Below are positions 1-12,854 of a DNA stretch of 64,000 bases, in pieces. Positions within the stretch are counted from its first letter, which is position 1, and every line of letters starts with the position of its first letter. Position numbers and translations under genes: made by a program. The notes below the pieces were generated by a model. The model had not been told where the DNA came from. It ran no database searches and was given only the letters and a program-made list of their open reading frames with translations. Origin of the DNA: Octopus sinensis (Eukaryota); NCBI RefSeq assembly GCF_006345805.1, contig NC_043024.1, positions 10,788,001 through 10,852,000 on the forward strand. Direction: 5' to 3'.

Positions 1-275
1 TATATATATATATATATATATTATATATACATAGATGCGCATGTATATATATGTGTGCGCATGATGGTAATTAAGTATGGATGTATATAGAGATCTGTTA
101 TAGAATATCTGGGGTCTTTTTTTACTGAGATAGAAAGAGGGAGGACGAAATTGGGTTTTACAGTGCGGTTTTATGATATCTTGTGAGGATTTTTAGGCCT
201 TCACCGTCGACTTACACACACCCCATCGTCACTAAACAAGGGCGTTAGCATACATATATATATACATATATATAT

Positions 276-316
<41 letters not shown>

Positions 317-678
317 ATGTAGGTAGGTAAAAAATCTGTTGAAGCGGTTCCGATGCGGTGACTTAAGTAAGCATGTATATAGACAGATTATATATAGATA
401 GATGTATATAACCTTTTCTGCTAATAGACATAAGGCCTGGAAATATGGATTGGGGGGAGGGGATCTGTCGATTTTTATAATTAACCATTAAACGAATGTG
501 AGACATAGATACACACACACATATATATACACACACATACATATATATATATACATACACATATATATACTAAGGATATATAAAACACAGTATATATATA
601 TTATATATATATATATATATATGCCTTCCTGATCTTCGTTCGCGAAGCCGAGCCATGATGATATATATATATATATAT

Positions 679-726
<48 letters not shown>

Positions 727-1324
727 TAATATATATATTTTTTTACGATTCAACCATGTGATTGCGATCATACTGGAGCACCGCCGGGAAAAACATGTCA
801 AGAGTGAGATAGATAGATAGATAGACAGATATATAGATGTAGATAGATAGACAGATATATAGATGTAGATAGATAGACAGATATATAGATGTAGATAGAT
901 AGATATATAGATAGATATATATATAGATAGATATATAGATAGATATATAGAGAGATAGATATATAGACAGATATATAGATAGGTATATAGATAAACAGAT
1001 ATATAGATAGACAGATATATATATAGACAGATATATAGATAGACAGATATATAGATAGACAGATATATAGATAGACAGATATATAGATAGACAGATATAT
1101 AGATAGACAGGTATATAGTTAAATACCCAGACATTATATATATATATACATACACACACACACAGAAAAATCGGCTTTCTATATACCTATGCTTATTACA
1201 CACCACACAGACACCTATATATAACACAGAGGTACCTATATATATATACATATATACATACCTATATCTATACAGACACCCACCTACACACACACACATA
1301 CATACCTACATACATACATATATA

Positions 1325-1511
1325 TGTAGGTCCCGGGTTGATTCGGGGTTAACCACAGTAAATAAGGGACTCAATACATAGCAGAGTAAAATTAATTTAT
1401 TATATAGAAGGAGCTTCTACAGGACTAGAACTGTTTCATTCAAGAGAAATCTTCAGGAAGCTGAAGATTTCTCTTGAATGAAACAGTTCTAGTCCTGTAG
1501 AAGCTCCTTCT

Positions 1512-1514
<3 letters not shown>
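1325..1514. mobile_element. Fold-back element, Penelope-like pLTR fragment with hammerhead-like core
   Basis: Perfect 54-bp inverted arms 1403-1456 and 1461-1514, loop GAAG; core CTGAAGA(1461)-TTTC TCTT GAAT-GAAA(1480)-CAGTTCTAG-TC(1494); flanked by TA/TACA repeats. Confidence 0.6.
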
Positions 1515-1542
<28 letters not shown>

Positions 1543-1740
1543 CACATCCAAAATCAGAGGTCAGTTTAGACATAGACCCAGAGACAAACAACAAAATATT
1601 ATAAACCACACATAATGTCCTGCCATGGTCATTGCAAGAAGGGCCCTTTTTTTTTTTGCCCCCTTTCTTCACATAACACCAAAAAAAACCCCCCGAAAGC
1701 AGAGAGAGAGAGAGAGCAGAGAGGGAGAAGTGGTTCTTAC

Positions 1741-1940
1741 CTTTCGAAAAGTATTCTAGTGAGACACAAAGCCAGGGCCAAGACGGGCACCCAGAGTAGA
1801 TCCTCAATTTGGGGTTTGTACATCCCTTGCTTCTCGTTCAGATAGTCCTGCCATGTCAGGTGCCTGGGTAACCAGAACCACTCGTTCCAGAATTTACTAC
1901 GAATGGTGTGCCACCACGAAGTGGCTTCGACGGTCTCCAT
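1741..1940 (-). CDS. CERS: Ceramide synthase (CerS5/6-like, TLC/Lag1 family), first coding exon
   Basis: ATG at 1940 gives METVEATSWWHTIRSKFWNEWFWLPRHLTWQDYL...LLWVPVLALALCLTRILFER. The W-x-E-x-FWLP-x3-W-x-DL motif and terminal LFER match CerS N-termini. Ends at AG|GTAAGA donor (phase 2), the same position as vertebrate CERS5/6 exon 1. GC/CpG-rich 5' leader to about 2070. Confidence 0.93.
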
Positions 1941-2737
1941 ATCGACAAATGAAAGCTGCGAACGAAGAAGAAGAAGAAGAAGAAGGAGGAGGAGGAGGAC
2001 CGGGGCCGCCGCCTCTGTCGCCGCCGCCCGCGCCAGCCGGAACGACAACGGAAATAGATTAACACACACTCGGTGTGTGCGCGCGTAAGTGAGTGAGTGA
2101 GTGCGTGCGTGTGAGTGTGAGCTTGTGTGTGTGTATGTGCTTGAGTGTGTGTGTGTGTGTGTGAGATGTGGTTCTGTGTGTATATGTGCGTGTGTGTGTG
2201 TGTGCGTGCCTGATGTGCTTGTATGTGTGTGTTGTGCTGTATGTGTGATGTGTGTGTGTGTGTGATGTGCTTGTGTGTGTGTGTGATGTGCTGTATGTGT
2301 GTGTGTGATGTGCTTGTGTGTGTGTGTGTGATGTGCTGTATGTGTGTGTGTGATGTGCTTGTGTGTGTGTGATGAGCTTGAGTGTGTGTGTGTGCTTCTG
2401 TGTATGTGTGTGTGCTTGAGTGAGTGTGTGCGTGCCTGATTTGCTTGTATGTGTGTGTGTGTGTGTGTGTGGATATATATATATATATAGGATCTTTTCT
2501 ATATATATTTGGTGATCTTTCTATAAAGGTAACAGAATTAAACGATAGATATAAATAATTTTAGACGGACAAACATTTATGTCTATATACATACATATAT
2601 ATGTATGTATATATATGTGTGTGCGTGTGTATAAAATTTATAAATCTATATTCGTGTCTGTCTATATATACATACTTAGACAGAAATATGTGTGTGTGTG
2701 TCTATATATATATATAAATATATATGTGTGTGTATAT

Positions 2738-2769
<32 letters not shown>

Positions 2770-3072
2770 ATATATGTATGTGTCTGTATATATGTATGTG
2801 TCTAATAAATGTGTAGACGAGAAAACAGCGATACTGAAGTAGGTTTTATTTCACAGAAGAGCTCTCCCCCCTCCTCCTCTCTCTTTCCGAAGTCTCAGCT
2901 TTATGGATCTGTGCAAGGGAAGATAACTCTTTATTCGTAATCGCTTCTAAAATGCCGACACGCGCGCACGCATACACTCTTATACAGACACATATACGCG
3001 AGCATTAGAGAGACATATTGACGCATACAGCCGTACAGAGACACACACATATATATATACAGAGAGGGTGAA

Positions 3073-3812
3073 GGCGGCGAGCTGGCAGAGACGTTAGCAC
3101 GCCGGGCGAAATGCTTTGCAGTATTTCGTCGGCCGGTACGTTCTGAGTTCAAATTCCGCCGAGGTCGACTTTGCCTTTCATCCTTTCGGTATCGATTAAA
3201 TAAGTACCAGTTACGCATTGGGGTCGATATAATCGACTTAATACCTATGTCTGTCCTTGTTTGTCCCCTCTGTGTTTAGTAAAGAAATAGGTATTTCGTC
3301 GGCCGGTACGTTCTGAGTTCAAATTCCGCCGAGGTCGACTTTGCCTTTCATCCTTTCGGTATCGATTAAATAAGTACCAGTTACGCATTGGGGTCGATAT
3401 AATCGACTTAATACCTATGTCTGTCCTTGTTTGTCCCCTCTGTGTTTAGTAAAGAAATAGGTATTTCGTCGGCCGGTACGTTCTGAGTTCAAATTCCGCT
3501 GAGGTCAACTTTGACTTTCATCCTTTCGGGGTCGATTAAATAAGTACCAGCTATGCACTGGGGTCAATATAATCGACTTAATCCCTTTGTCCTCTCTGTG
3601 TTTAGCCCCTTGTGGGTAATAAAGAAATAGGTATTTCGTCTGCCGTTACGTTCTGAGTTCAAATTCCGCCGAGGTCGACTTTGTCTTTCATCCTTTCGGG
3701 GACGATTAAATAAGTACCAGTTACACACTGGGGTCAATATAATCGACTTAATCCGTTTGTCTGTCCTTGTTTGTCCCCTCTGTGTTTAGCCCCTTGTGGG
3801 TAGTAAAGAAAT
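3073..3812 (+). mobile_element. tRNA-derived SINE family A (Meta/MESC-like central domain), tandem array of about 4-5 units of 170 bp
   Basis: Head ggcggcgagctggcaga...gttcaaattccgcc (A/B boxes), then GTCGACTTTGCCTTTCATCCTTTCGGGGTCGATTAAATAAGTACCAG; unit restarts at gtatttcgtc at about 3121, 3291, 3461, 3630. Confidence 0.85.
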
Positions 3813-4014
3813 ACTTATATAGAGAGATGTAGTACCCGCATATACGAAAAGACATGCCGGTATGTAAGTACGTACAGACACAGATTTATTAACACCAATA
3901 TACATAGACATGCATACATACACATAAGACATACACACGTACAAACAAGAAAAGGTTCGATCCCAGACATTGGCACCAGATGTGTCAGCTGAAGAGTATC
4001 CAGGAGTCATCTTT

Positions 4015-4385
4015 TACCTTTTACTTGTTTCAGTCATCTGACTGTGGCCATGCTGGGGCAATGCCTTGAAGAATTATTTTTTAGAGTCTGCTACTTATTC
4101 TATCACTTACTTTTGCCGAACAGCTATGTTACGGGACGTAAACACTCCAACACCGGTTGTCAAGCAGTATGGGGGACAAACACAGGCACAAAGACACACA
4201 CACACACATATATATACATATATACGACGGGCTTCTTTCGGTTTCCGTCTACGAAATCCACTCACAAGGCTTTGGTCGGCCCGAGACTATAGTAGAAGAC
4301 AGTTGCCCAAAGTGCCACGCAGTGGGACTGAACCTGGAACCATGTGGTTGGTAAGCGAACTCCTTACCACACAGCCACGCCTGCA
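4015..4385 (-). mobile_element. tRNA-derived SINE family B (CORE-like, internal TA/TG microsatellite)
   Basis: Same family as the plus-strand copy at 5501-5905 (ggagtggctgtgtggtaag...ccagcatggccgcagtcaaatgactgaaacaagtaaaagag). Confidence 0.85.
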
Positions 4386-4629
4386 CCTATATGATCCGGC
4401 CCCTTACAGAATAGGAATTTAAGGGCTGAAGCACGTTCATGAGGGTGGCCTCCTCCGCTGTTTAGCTTTCCCTGAAGTTATTTTTACTTTCAGCGTAAAA
4501 ATCCAATTAAAGGAAGCCTTCTGACCCATTCTCATTTTGCTAGAAATAGCAGCAGAGATATTCATTCAATTGGACCCCGGCGTCTTAAATAAGTGAAGAA
4601 CTGACAAGATTTTAAAGTCGAAGATTTAA

Positions 4630-4849
4630 CCCTTTCATTACTGTATTTATTTTGAGATGCTCTGTGTTTCTTTCAATCATTTTAAATATAAGAAAGAATT
4701 TAGTAAAACAATTTAGTTATCATTCAGCTAATGTTAGGAACATAAATTGTGACTAAGGTTTGGTGGAAGATTTTAATTCAAAGCTTGTGAAAACAAGATA
4801 TTTTACCACAGAGCCAGAGCCGGTTTTGGCCGGGTTAGTAACAAAAGGG
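4630..4849 (+). mobile_element. piggyBac-type MITE (TTAA|CCCTT...AAGGG|TT)
   Basis: Ends ttaa-CCCTTT and AAAAGGG-ttca; same family repeated at 49730-50345. Confidence 0.65.
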
Positions 4850-5500
4850 TTCAGGATGAGGGCAGCAAAAATGAATTTCATAAATAAGAAGGAACGTTCG
4901 ATCAGGGCTGATTTGCGGTTAAACAGCTACACTTCTCGTATAATAAGCGAACCGGTGAGAGGTGTTCCCATTTACCGAAATTTTGAACCGTTAGAAATAA
5001 CTCAAAATTTCCCTCGAATCACACCCTTAACCATTGATTGTCGCTTATAAAAAGTGGTAAGGTCGTGCTGGATAATGTAATCTTAACGTGCCCCGAAAAG
5101 GACGGGACGGTCACGACTGGAATGCCTCTGATCATACACAGATTGACTCGAGCAGTGTTGATATGCGGGCCAAACAGCAGCTATAAATACGTTTTGTTAC
5201 TGCAGCGAAAACTCCCTCCAACGTAGTCCAAAGGGCACTGTGTATAAAATAAAGCGGGGTGGTCAAGGGTAGAATGTCTTTGAGCTAAGATTTATTAGCT
5301 AGAGCTGATATGGGGCTAAACCTGTAACTAGACACGTACGTGCGTCAGTCATGTGAAATACATGTACACATAACGTAAGGAGCTTTGTGTGGTCACTCGA
5401 TCGGCTAGAAACAGCAGCCAAATCTCGGCAAGACATCATTTAGTACCCCCACCACCACCACCACCACCAAAAAAAAGTACCTTTTTTTTTCTACACAGAC

Positions 5501-5905
5501 GCAGGAGTGGCTGTGTGGTAAGTAGCTTGCTAACCAACCACATGGTTCCAGGTTCAGTCCCACTGCGTGGCATCTTGGGCAAGTGTCTTCTACTACAGCC
5601 TCGGGCCGACCAATGCCTTGTGAGTGGATTTGGTAGACGGAAACTGAAAGAAGCCTCTCGTATATATGTATATATATATATGTGTGTGTATATGTTTGTG
5701 TGTCTGTGTTTGTCCCTCTAGCATTGCTTGACAACCGATGCTGGTGTATTTACGTCCCCGTTACTTAGCGGTTCGGCAAAATAGACCGATAGAATAAGTA
5801 CTGGGCTTACAAAGAATAAGTCCCGGGGTCGATTTGCTCGACAAAAGGCGGTGCTCCAGCATGGCCGCAGTCAAATGACTGAAACAAGTAAAAGAGTAAA
5901 GAGTA
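5501..5905 (+). mobile_element. SINE family B, full length
   Basis: tRNA-like head with B box ggttcagtccc, ttgggcaagtgtctt core, internal microsatellite, 3' (gagtaaa) repeats. Other copies near 6905-7290(-), 14180-14578(-), 16820-17235(-), 25680-26030(+), 28040-28385(+), 28632-29033(+), 29515-30110(-), 39410-39740(+), 48595-48965(-), 56400-56960(+), 57620-57810(-). Confidence 0.88.
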
Positions 5906-6369
5906 AACCCCCGTTTTTGGCTACGGAGAATACGAATCTGCAAAAAGAAAATTGGCAAAAATCCGCATTTTGAAATAAAAGTCCTAAATTCTCTTTCGAT
6001 CATCAGTCTGCTCCGTTGGTTTACAATCGAGTTGTCCGCATGGCCTGGTCGTTAGGTTGGTACACTCATGATCGCAAGACCAGGTTCCGATTCCTTAGAC
6101 AGACAGTGCATTGCGTTCTTGAGCAAGGCACTTCATTTCACGTTGCAAAATCAATCCACTTGACTGTAAATGGTTAACCCTAAGACGGGATGGTATCCTG
6201 TTCGAGAGGAATGTGATCTCGGCCACTTATACGCCATAGAAACCGGGTAACCGGCTTTATCAGTTTTAGAACTTGAGACTATAAGTCCGGGGAATTTATC
6301 GTGATGCACTAGGAACAATGGTTCCCAAGCTGGGGTCCACAAAGGTAGTACAAGGGATTAGTACCATAG

Positions 6370-6645
6370 ACCCTGGACAAAGCAATGCACTTGCTCGTAC
6401 TGTATTCATTTCTTAACAGCAAACCACGGCGTACGTAGATTGACATAGGAGGCGAAAGTAAAGAATACGTACACCCGGTGTTTAGGGTTAGGGTTGGGAT
6501 TAGGGTTAGGGTTAGGGTTAGGGCTTTTGTTACGCAGAAGACGGGTCGTGTACATATTCTTTACCCCCGCCGGCATAGGATCCCTAGACTTGAAGGAACT
6601 TTGGGCAATTGCCCTTAACCACACATGCATTAAGACAACACTGCT
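6370..6645 (+). repeat. Unclassified dispersed element with internal (TTAGGG)n
   Basis: About 7 TTAGGG-like units at 6482-6523; start ccctggacaaagcaatgcact and end taagacaacactg are shared with a copy at about 10236-10475 that lacks the telomeric tract. Confidence 0.55.
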
Positions 6646-7489
6646 AGAGGCCTGTGGGCCTTAATTACAATTTTAATGTATATTACTTAATTATATTCAG
6701 GCACAGTGATGGTTTTGTGATGAAGTTTGCTCCTTAAGCACAGGGTTTTCGTCTCAGTCCCACAGCGCGATACGCTGGAGCAAGCGTTTTCTGTTGTAGC
6801 AGGAGACGGGACATTGTTTTCTGAGCGAATTTGGTAGACGGGAACTGTGCAGAATTCCTTCATGTGTATGTATGTATATATGTATGTGTACATGTGTGTG
6901 TATATTCTTTTACTTGTTTCAGTCATTTGACTGTGGCCATGCTGGAGCACCCCCTTTAGTCAAGCAAATCGACCCCAGAACTTATTCTTTGTAAGCCTAG
7001 TCATTATTCTATCGGTCTCTTATGCCAAACCGCTAAGTTACGGGGGCGTAACCAGCATCGGTTGTCAAGCGATGTTGGGGGACAAATACAGACACACAAA
7101 CATATATACACATACATATATATATACGACGGGCTTCTTTCAGTTTCCGTCTACCAAATCCACTCACAAGGCTTTGGTCGGCCCGAGGCTATAGTAAAAG
7201 ACACCTGCCCAAGGTACCACGCAGTGGGACTGAACCCAGAACCATGTGGTTCGTAAGCAAGCTACTTACCACACAGCCACTCCTACGCCTATGTATGTAT
7301 GTATATATGTGTACATGTGTGTGTATACATATATAATGTATATATTTATGTATATATATATATATATTATACATATATACACGCACAGACTATGTGTGTT
7401 TGTATGCATATGTCAATGTGTACATATATACATACACACCGATAGATAGATATAGATAGATAGATAGATAGATAGATAAATAGACAGAC

Positions 7490-7521
<32 letters not shown>

Positions 7522-7538
7522 CGATAGATAGATAGATG

Positions 7539-7587
<49 letters not shown>

Positions 7588-7597
7588 ATAGACAGAC

Positions 7598-7629
<32 letters not shown>

Positions 7630-7630
7630 C

Positions 7631-7736
<106 letters not shown>

Positions 7737-8673
7737 CAGATAGATATAGATAGACAGACAGACAGATACGAGAGGGAAGAAGAGAGAGAAGAGGTGGAGA
7801 GTGTGTGTGCTTATGTTTGTTTCACCGCTTGATACCGGTGTTGGTTTGTTTACGTTCCTGCATGATAACTGTTCAGTAAAAACAAATCGATGAAGTCAGC
7901 GCATGACTTCAAAAGAAAAATACCGAAGTCGATTTGATGGACTGAAACAATGCGGTGCTCCAGCATGGCCTCAATCCAATGACTAAAACAGGTAAAAAAA
8001 AATGGCAGAATGGCTATTCAGTTGCTTCGTAAATTCAAAAGGAAACTTGGAAAATGAGTTTTAGAATCGGTTTATTGAATAAGCAGATTTTCTGTGAATT
8101 CTACCCGGTGGAGGGCCATGGGAGGATTTAAGGATCTCTCCTAATGCGAAGGTTGAGAACGTCTGCTCTTGTGTAGGGGTTCTCAAAATGGGTTCTGAGG
8201 AAACCCCAGAGTTCAGCGAAAACATTCGAGGGTTCCATTAGATTGAGGTCTCTTCTAATAAGATATAATAGAAATGAATTCTAAGGGCCTGGGAATGGCT
8301 GAGTGGTTGAGAAGCTCGCTTTGCTATTGTTTCATGCTAAATCCCATTGCGCCAGACTTGGGGGCAAGTGCTGTCTACAATTATAGATGGAAATTGTACG
8401 GAAGCCCGTCGTTTGCGAACGCGTGTGTGTGTGTCTTCTTTTTAGTTCAGAGTAAATTTTGACCGGCCATCGACTTGGTAGCAAGGTTGTATTTTTCTGA
8501 CCACATTGGTGTCCAGAGGCCAGCTAGTTTTTCACAACAGAACATCTTGTGTGTGTGTGTGATTTGGTCAAATCGGTTCCAGTCAGGTAATGGAATCGAT
8601 TCCATCTATTGATACAGGTGTGTCTCCTAGACTTCGTGGTTTCGTTAGCCGCGAGCTAGAAATTCGTTCGGGA

Positions 8674-9244
8674 ATCTTTTCGGTTTGAACGGCAGTTTTT
8701 AAAAATAATTTCCACGTAACTAAACACTTTTAAACTTCGTATACTGGTAGAATGTGTTTATAAAACATCTTTTTCTCTTGGCTTTATTGAGAAAATTCTA
8801 TAGTTTGTAACATATTTGTTGTTTTTTTATCCTTCAATTTCTGCAATTTCAACCAATCAATGACGTCTATTGAGGTGAAAACATTCTGTGCCGTATGAAT
8901 ATGTCCCTCGTTTAAGAAACAGATTGGTTTATTTACATTTGTGAAGAAAAAAAGATACCCTAACCCTAACCCTAAAACAGATTAAAATACAATAGATCGA
9001 TACTAGGGTCATAATTATGGGTGACAATTTCATATGACACTGCTAGAAAAAACTGCCATTTTCTCTAGTGGTGTCACATGAAATGCAAGAAATTAAAGAC
9101 AAAATATGTTACAAACTATAGAATTTTCTCAAGAAAGCCAAGAGAAAAAGATGTTTTATAAACACATTCTACCAGTATACGAAGTTAAAAATTTTTTAGT
9201 TTCCTAGAAATTATGTTACAAAGTGCCGTTCAAACCGAAAAGAT
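8674..9244. mobile_element. MITE with long terminal inverted repeats
   Basis: Perfect 21-bp TIR atcttttcggtttgaacggca (8674-8694) / tgccgttcaaaccgaaaagat (9224-9244), imperfect arms continuing about 150 bp; internal (CCCTAA)3 and a small hairpin at about 9028-9085. Confidence 0.85.
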
Positions 9245-9564
9245 CAAGGAAAACTGCCGTCCTCTGCGGGTCCTCTCGAATCCTCGGCATTTCTTTGCGA
9301 TTGTTATCCCAGAGGATTTCAATTTGTAAGTATGGTCATGGAGTGTAGATGAGAGCTGTCACGATAGACAAAGGATCTGTCACGATAGACAAAGAAGTTG
9401 TCACGATCGGCAAAGGATAGGCAAAGATGCCGGTTATCGAGTTAGAATCAGACAACGTATAATGAATGCTCAACGCTCGGGAACAATTAGCAGGATTTTA
9501 TTTTACCGCACAAATAATTTCCATGTTGGTCATGAATAAGAAATCGTAACAGCAAAGTTTGCGG

Positions 9565-9860
9565 AGGCGCAATGGCCTTAGTGGTTAAGGCAGCGGCCTC
9601 ACGGTAGGAGGATCGCGATTTCGATTCCCAGACCGGGCGTTGTGTGTGTTTATTGAGCGAAAACACCTAAAAGCTCCACGAGGCTCCGGCAGGGGGTGGG
9701 TGGCGACCCCTGTTGTACTCTTTCGCCCCAACTTTTTCTCACTCTCTCTTCCTGTTTCTTGAGTAACACTGCGATGGACTGGCGTCCCGTCCAGCTAGGG
9801 GGGAACACATATGCCACAGAACCTGGGAAACCGGACCCATGAGCCTGGTTAGGTTTGAAA
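9565..9860 (+). mobile_element. tRNA-derived SINE family C
   Basis: Head ggcgcaatggccttagtggttaaggcagcgg...ttcgattccc; related copies at about 51073-51290(+), 59135-59430(-), 62080-62445(-). Confidence 0.8.
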
Positions 9861-10979
9861 AGGGCGACGTTTATAATTTTTAAGAACAAAGTTTACACAC
9901 TGGAAAGTATATTATGTTGCTCTTACAGATAGTTGATTAAAAAGGCTCTGCAATTATACACACTAGGTTCATGTCAGTGAACTGAAGTTGCGCGTGGTAA
10001 GGCCTGTTAAAAGCAGCAAAATGAGTATACAGTTAGCTTAGCTATGGGTAGCCACAAACTGACGTTTGGCGCTCAAAACGTGTCTATTTATAGGCCTTGA
10101 AAGAGAATATTCTGGAGGCTTCTAGAAAGTGACGTGATGTCTGGCTGCTGACTAGTCCATAATTCGGCCGATCACATGAAAAAGTTGTTAATAAACCGTG
10201 ATTTTAACTGTAGAGCCGTCTTAGAAGCATTATAAGCCCTGGACAAATCAATGCACTGGGCGCTATGGTATGTATTTATTGATAGTAAACCAAAGCATTC
10301 ATAGATCAGAATTGGATCCCTAAACCCATGAAATGCCTGGACAAACCAATGCACTGGGCCATATAGTATTCATTGAAAGCAAGCTACGGCCTACACAGAT
10401 TGAATTGGGTCCCTATACTCCGTGAGGCCCCTGGTGAACTACCCAGTGAGTCTATGCTTTAAGATGACACTGGATAGCATTGGACTCCAGAGATACACTA
10501 TACGAACGTACCCTGCTAGATATATCGACATTCATAAGTCACTGCTCTGCTAACTTGTGAGTGAATCCATTGAGACAAAAGCTATGGGAGGATATCCTGG
10601 AAGAACGGGAAAGAAAAGGCTACAGCAAACAGCTTCAATGCGATTTATGAGAGAATAGGTTTCTGGCAGCCTCTTGAAGCCATAGGTGGGAAGATACCTA
10701 TTTCTTTACAACCCACGAGGGGCTAAACACAGAGAGGACAAACAAGGACAGACAAACGGATTAAGTCGATTAGATCAACCCCCAGTGCGTAACTGGTACT
10801 TATTTAATCGACCCCTAAAGGATGAAAGGCAAAGTCAACCTCGGCGGAATTTGAACTCAGAACGTAGCGGCAGACGAAATACTGCTAAGCATTTTGCCCG
10901 ACGTGCTAACGTTTCTGCCAGCTCCCCGTAGATGGGAAGGTACCAAGCGTCTCGGCTCGCTCTTACCGCTAGCTCTACT

Positions 10980-11727
10980 CTTTTCAAAGCGAGGACATTG
11001 ATATTAGAAAAGATGCATTCTTAATATCACTGTACAGCTTCGTTGCACAGCAAAGAGGATCGTAGGCCTTGAGTCTGTAATATGTCACACAACAGAGGAG
11101 ATCTGAGGGCGCTGAAAGCTTCAGCTTACAACGTGACATATCAGATGTCTTGGACAACGGGCATTTGCAACTGCTTGCTCCAGAGCCGAGAAAAGGTGGT
11201 CTAAAAATAGTCCAGTCACCTTTCAAGGTCAGGAAACCGCGCCTGTAAAGACATTTCACACAGTAATTGTTAAAACCTAAGTAAAACATCATTCAGGCTT
11301 GTCACGTGAGAATATACGGACATGTTAATCTTATGGTAGTTTACTCGACAAGCAGGGGTCAGTGAACTGAGAGGATAAAATATAGATACCGTTGCACTCT
11401 TAAAGATTATGCTATTTGGGGAGTGCTCTCGCTTGGGTTGATAAAAGATATGATTTCATACGGGGGGTTCCTACATGGATTCCTGTCACCAACATGGCGT
11501 CCGCTTTGCTGTGAAAAACTGATTGACGTTTAAACTGGCTGGAGACTCAGTCGGCGGTAATAAATGGCTAATGTTACCTTATATTCGTCTTGCAGAGAGC
11601 TACAACGAAACACTACTGGGTGCCTTGGCACCAACTTCGCGATTTAACATTCAAAAACTAGACAAAGCTGCTACAATATAAAAAGAAGACAAATGCATCC
11701 TAATGCGTGATTTTAATATAAGAAAAT
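10980..11727 (+). mobile_element. Highly degenerate RTE-type LINE remnants (C-terminal piece followed by AP-endonuclease piece)
   Basis: About 11370-11727 translates with stops to NIDTVAL...QHGVRFAVKN...LLGALAPT...DKCILMRDFN (APE motifs HGVGFA, AYAPT, GDFN); about 10980-11260 only weakly resembles an RTE ORF C-terminus. Confidence 0.6.
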
Positions 11728-11825
11728 GCAATAATAATAATAATAATGATAATAATAATGATAATAATGATAATAATAATAATGATAATAATAATGATAA
11801 TAATAATAATAATGATAATAATATG

Positions 11826-12015
11826 ACTGAAAAAAAAGTGGTGCAAGTGTGAAGGTAGAACACCTACAAAAATCAGCATTGCTTGGAACTGCAAGAATTC
11901 TTCGCAGGGTTCTTGAAGCATGACCAGTGAACAAATGTCACCTTAGTCTGCTGGCTGTGATGGACAGCTGACACTTTCCATCATACCCAACAAAATAAGA
12001 TGTGAATTTTCATCA
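11826..12015 (+). mobile_element. 3' end of R4/Dong-like RLE non-LTR retrotransposon in an (AAT)n tract
   Basis: Reads GASVKVEHLQKSALLGTARILRRVLEA* (stop 11921-11923) plus 3' UTR; (AAT/GAT)n on both sides. Confidence 0.75.
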
Positions 12016-12060
<45 letters not shown>

Positions 12061-12439
12061 CCTTTCTATTATAGGCATAAGGCCTGAAGCTTTGGGGAAG
12101 GAGACTAGTCGATTAGATCGACCCCAGTGCAAAACTGGTGCTTAATTTATCGACTCTGAAAGGATAATATACAAAGTCGACCTCGGCGGAATTTGAACTC
12201 AGAACATAAAGACAGGTGAAATACTGCTAAGCATTTCGTCCGGCGCCCTAACGATTCTGCAAGCTCGCCGCCTTTTTAGTAGTAATAACAACAACAACAA
12301 CAATAATTTCTTTATTAACTACAAAGGTTTACATGAAGAAAAACATGCACAACACAGGACAAAACAAAAATGTGTGTGTGTAGTTGTGAAGGTTTTGTGT
12401 GTAAACAAGACTAATATAAAAATAGGGGGATAATAATAA

Positions 12440-12807
12440 TAATAATTAATTCGTTTATTGGCCACAAGGGCTGAAAAATTAATTAAAACATAAAGGGACA
12501 AAACACAGGACGAAAGTTACAAAGGGTTTGCCCGTTTGCAAATAAAACCGTGTAAAAGTTCCAGAGATAACAACGAAAATATAACAATTGAAATTTCCAA
12601 TAGAGGGACGCGCTTCGAAAAGGTTACTAGAGGAAAAACCCATAAAAGCCACGGGAGCCTGGTCAAAAAAAGGGGGGGGGAGCAGAGAGCCCCTTTCTCC
12701 TTTTATAGAACCTTTTTAAACTACAGGTGTATCGTCAGAATTGGTCCATTTATACTGGCCATCCTTGCAACATTTACCCACCTTAAATAATAATAATAAT
12801 AATAATA

Positions 12808-12854
<47 letters not shown>

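Noticed and set aside
60-250. Possible CerS exon 2 or Helitron-like GLKIL peptide
   Set aside because: No F-I/V-A-x-P/homeobox-like sequence expected for exon 2 and no convincing splice sites; the peptide match is too short.
363-1299. ORFs rich in YIYI/LSIY/CVCV (also 19289-21480, 27533-28139, 41773-42435, 44054-44530, 46208-46993)
   Set aside because: Translations of (TA)n, (GATA)n, (CA)n and (TACA)n microsatellites.
3073-3812. Regular repeats resembling a CRISPR array
   Set aside because: 170-bp SINE units without unique spacers, in a eukaryotic context with no cas genes.
9565-9640. tRNA gene candidates at SINE heads (also 3073, 5501, 24900, 51073)
   Set aside because: No intact acceptor stem or cloverleaf; they continue into SINE bodies.
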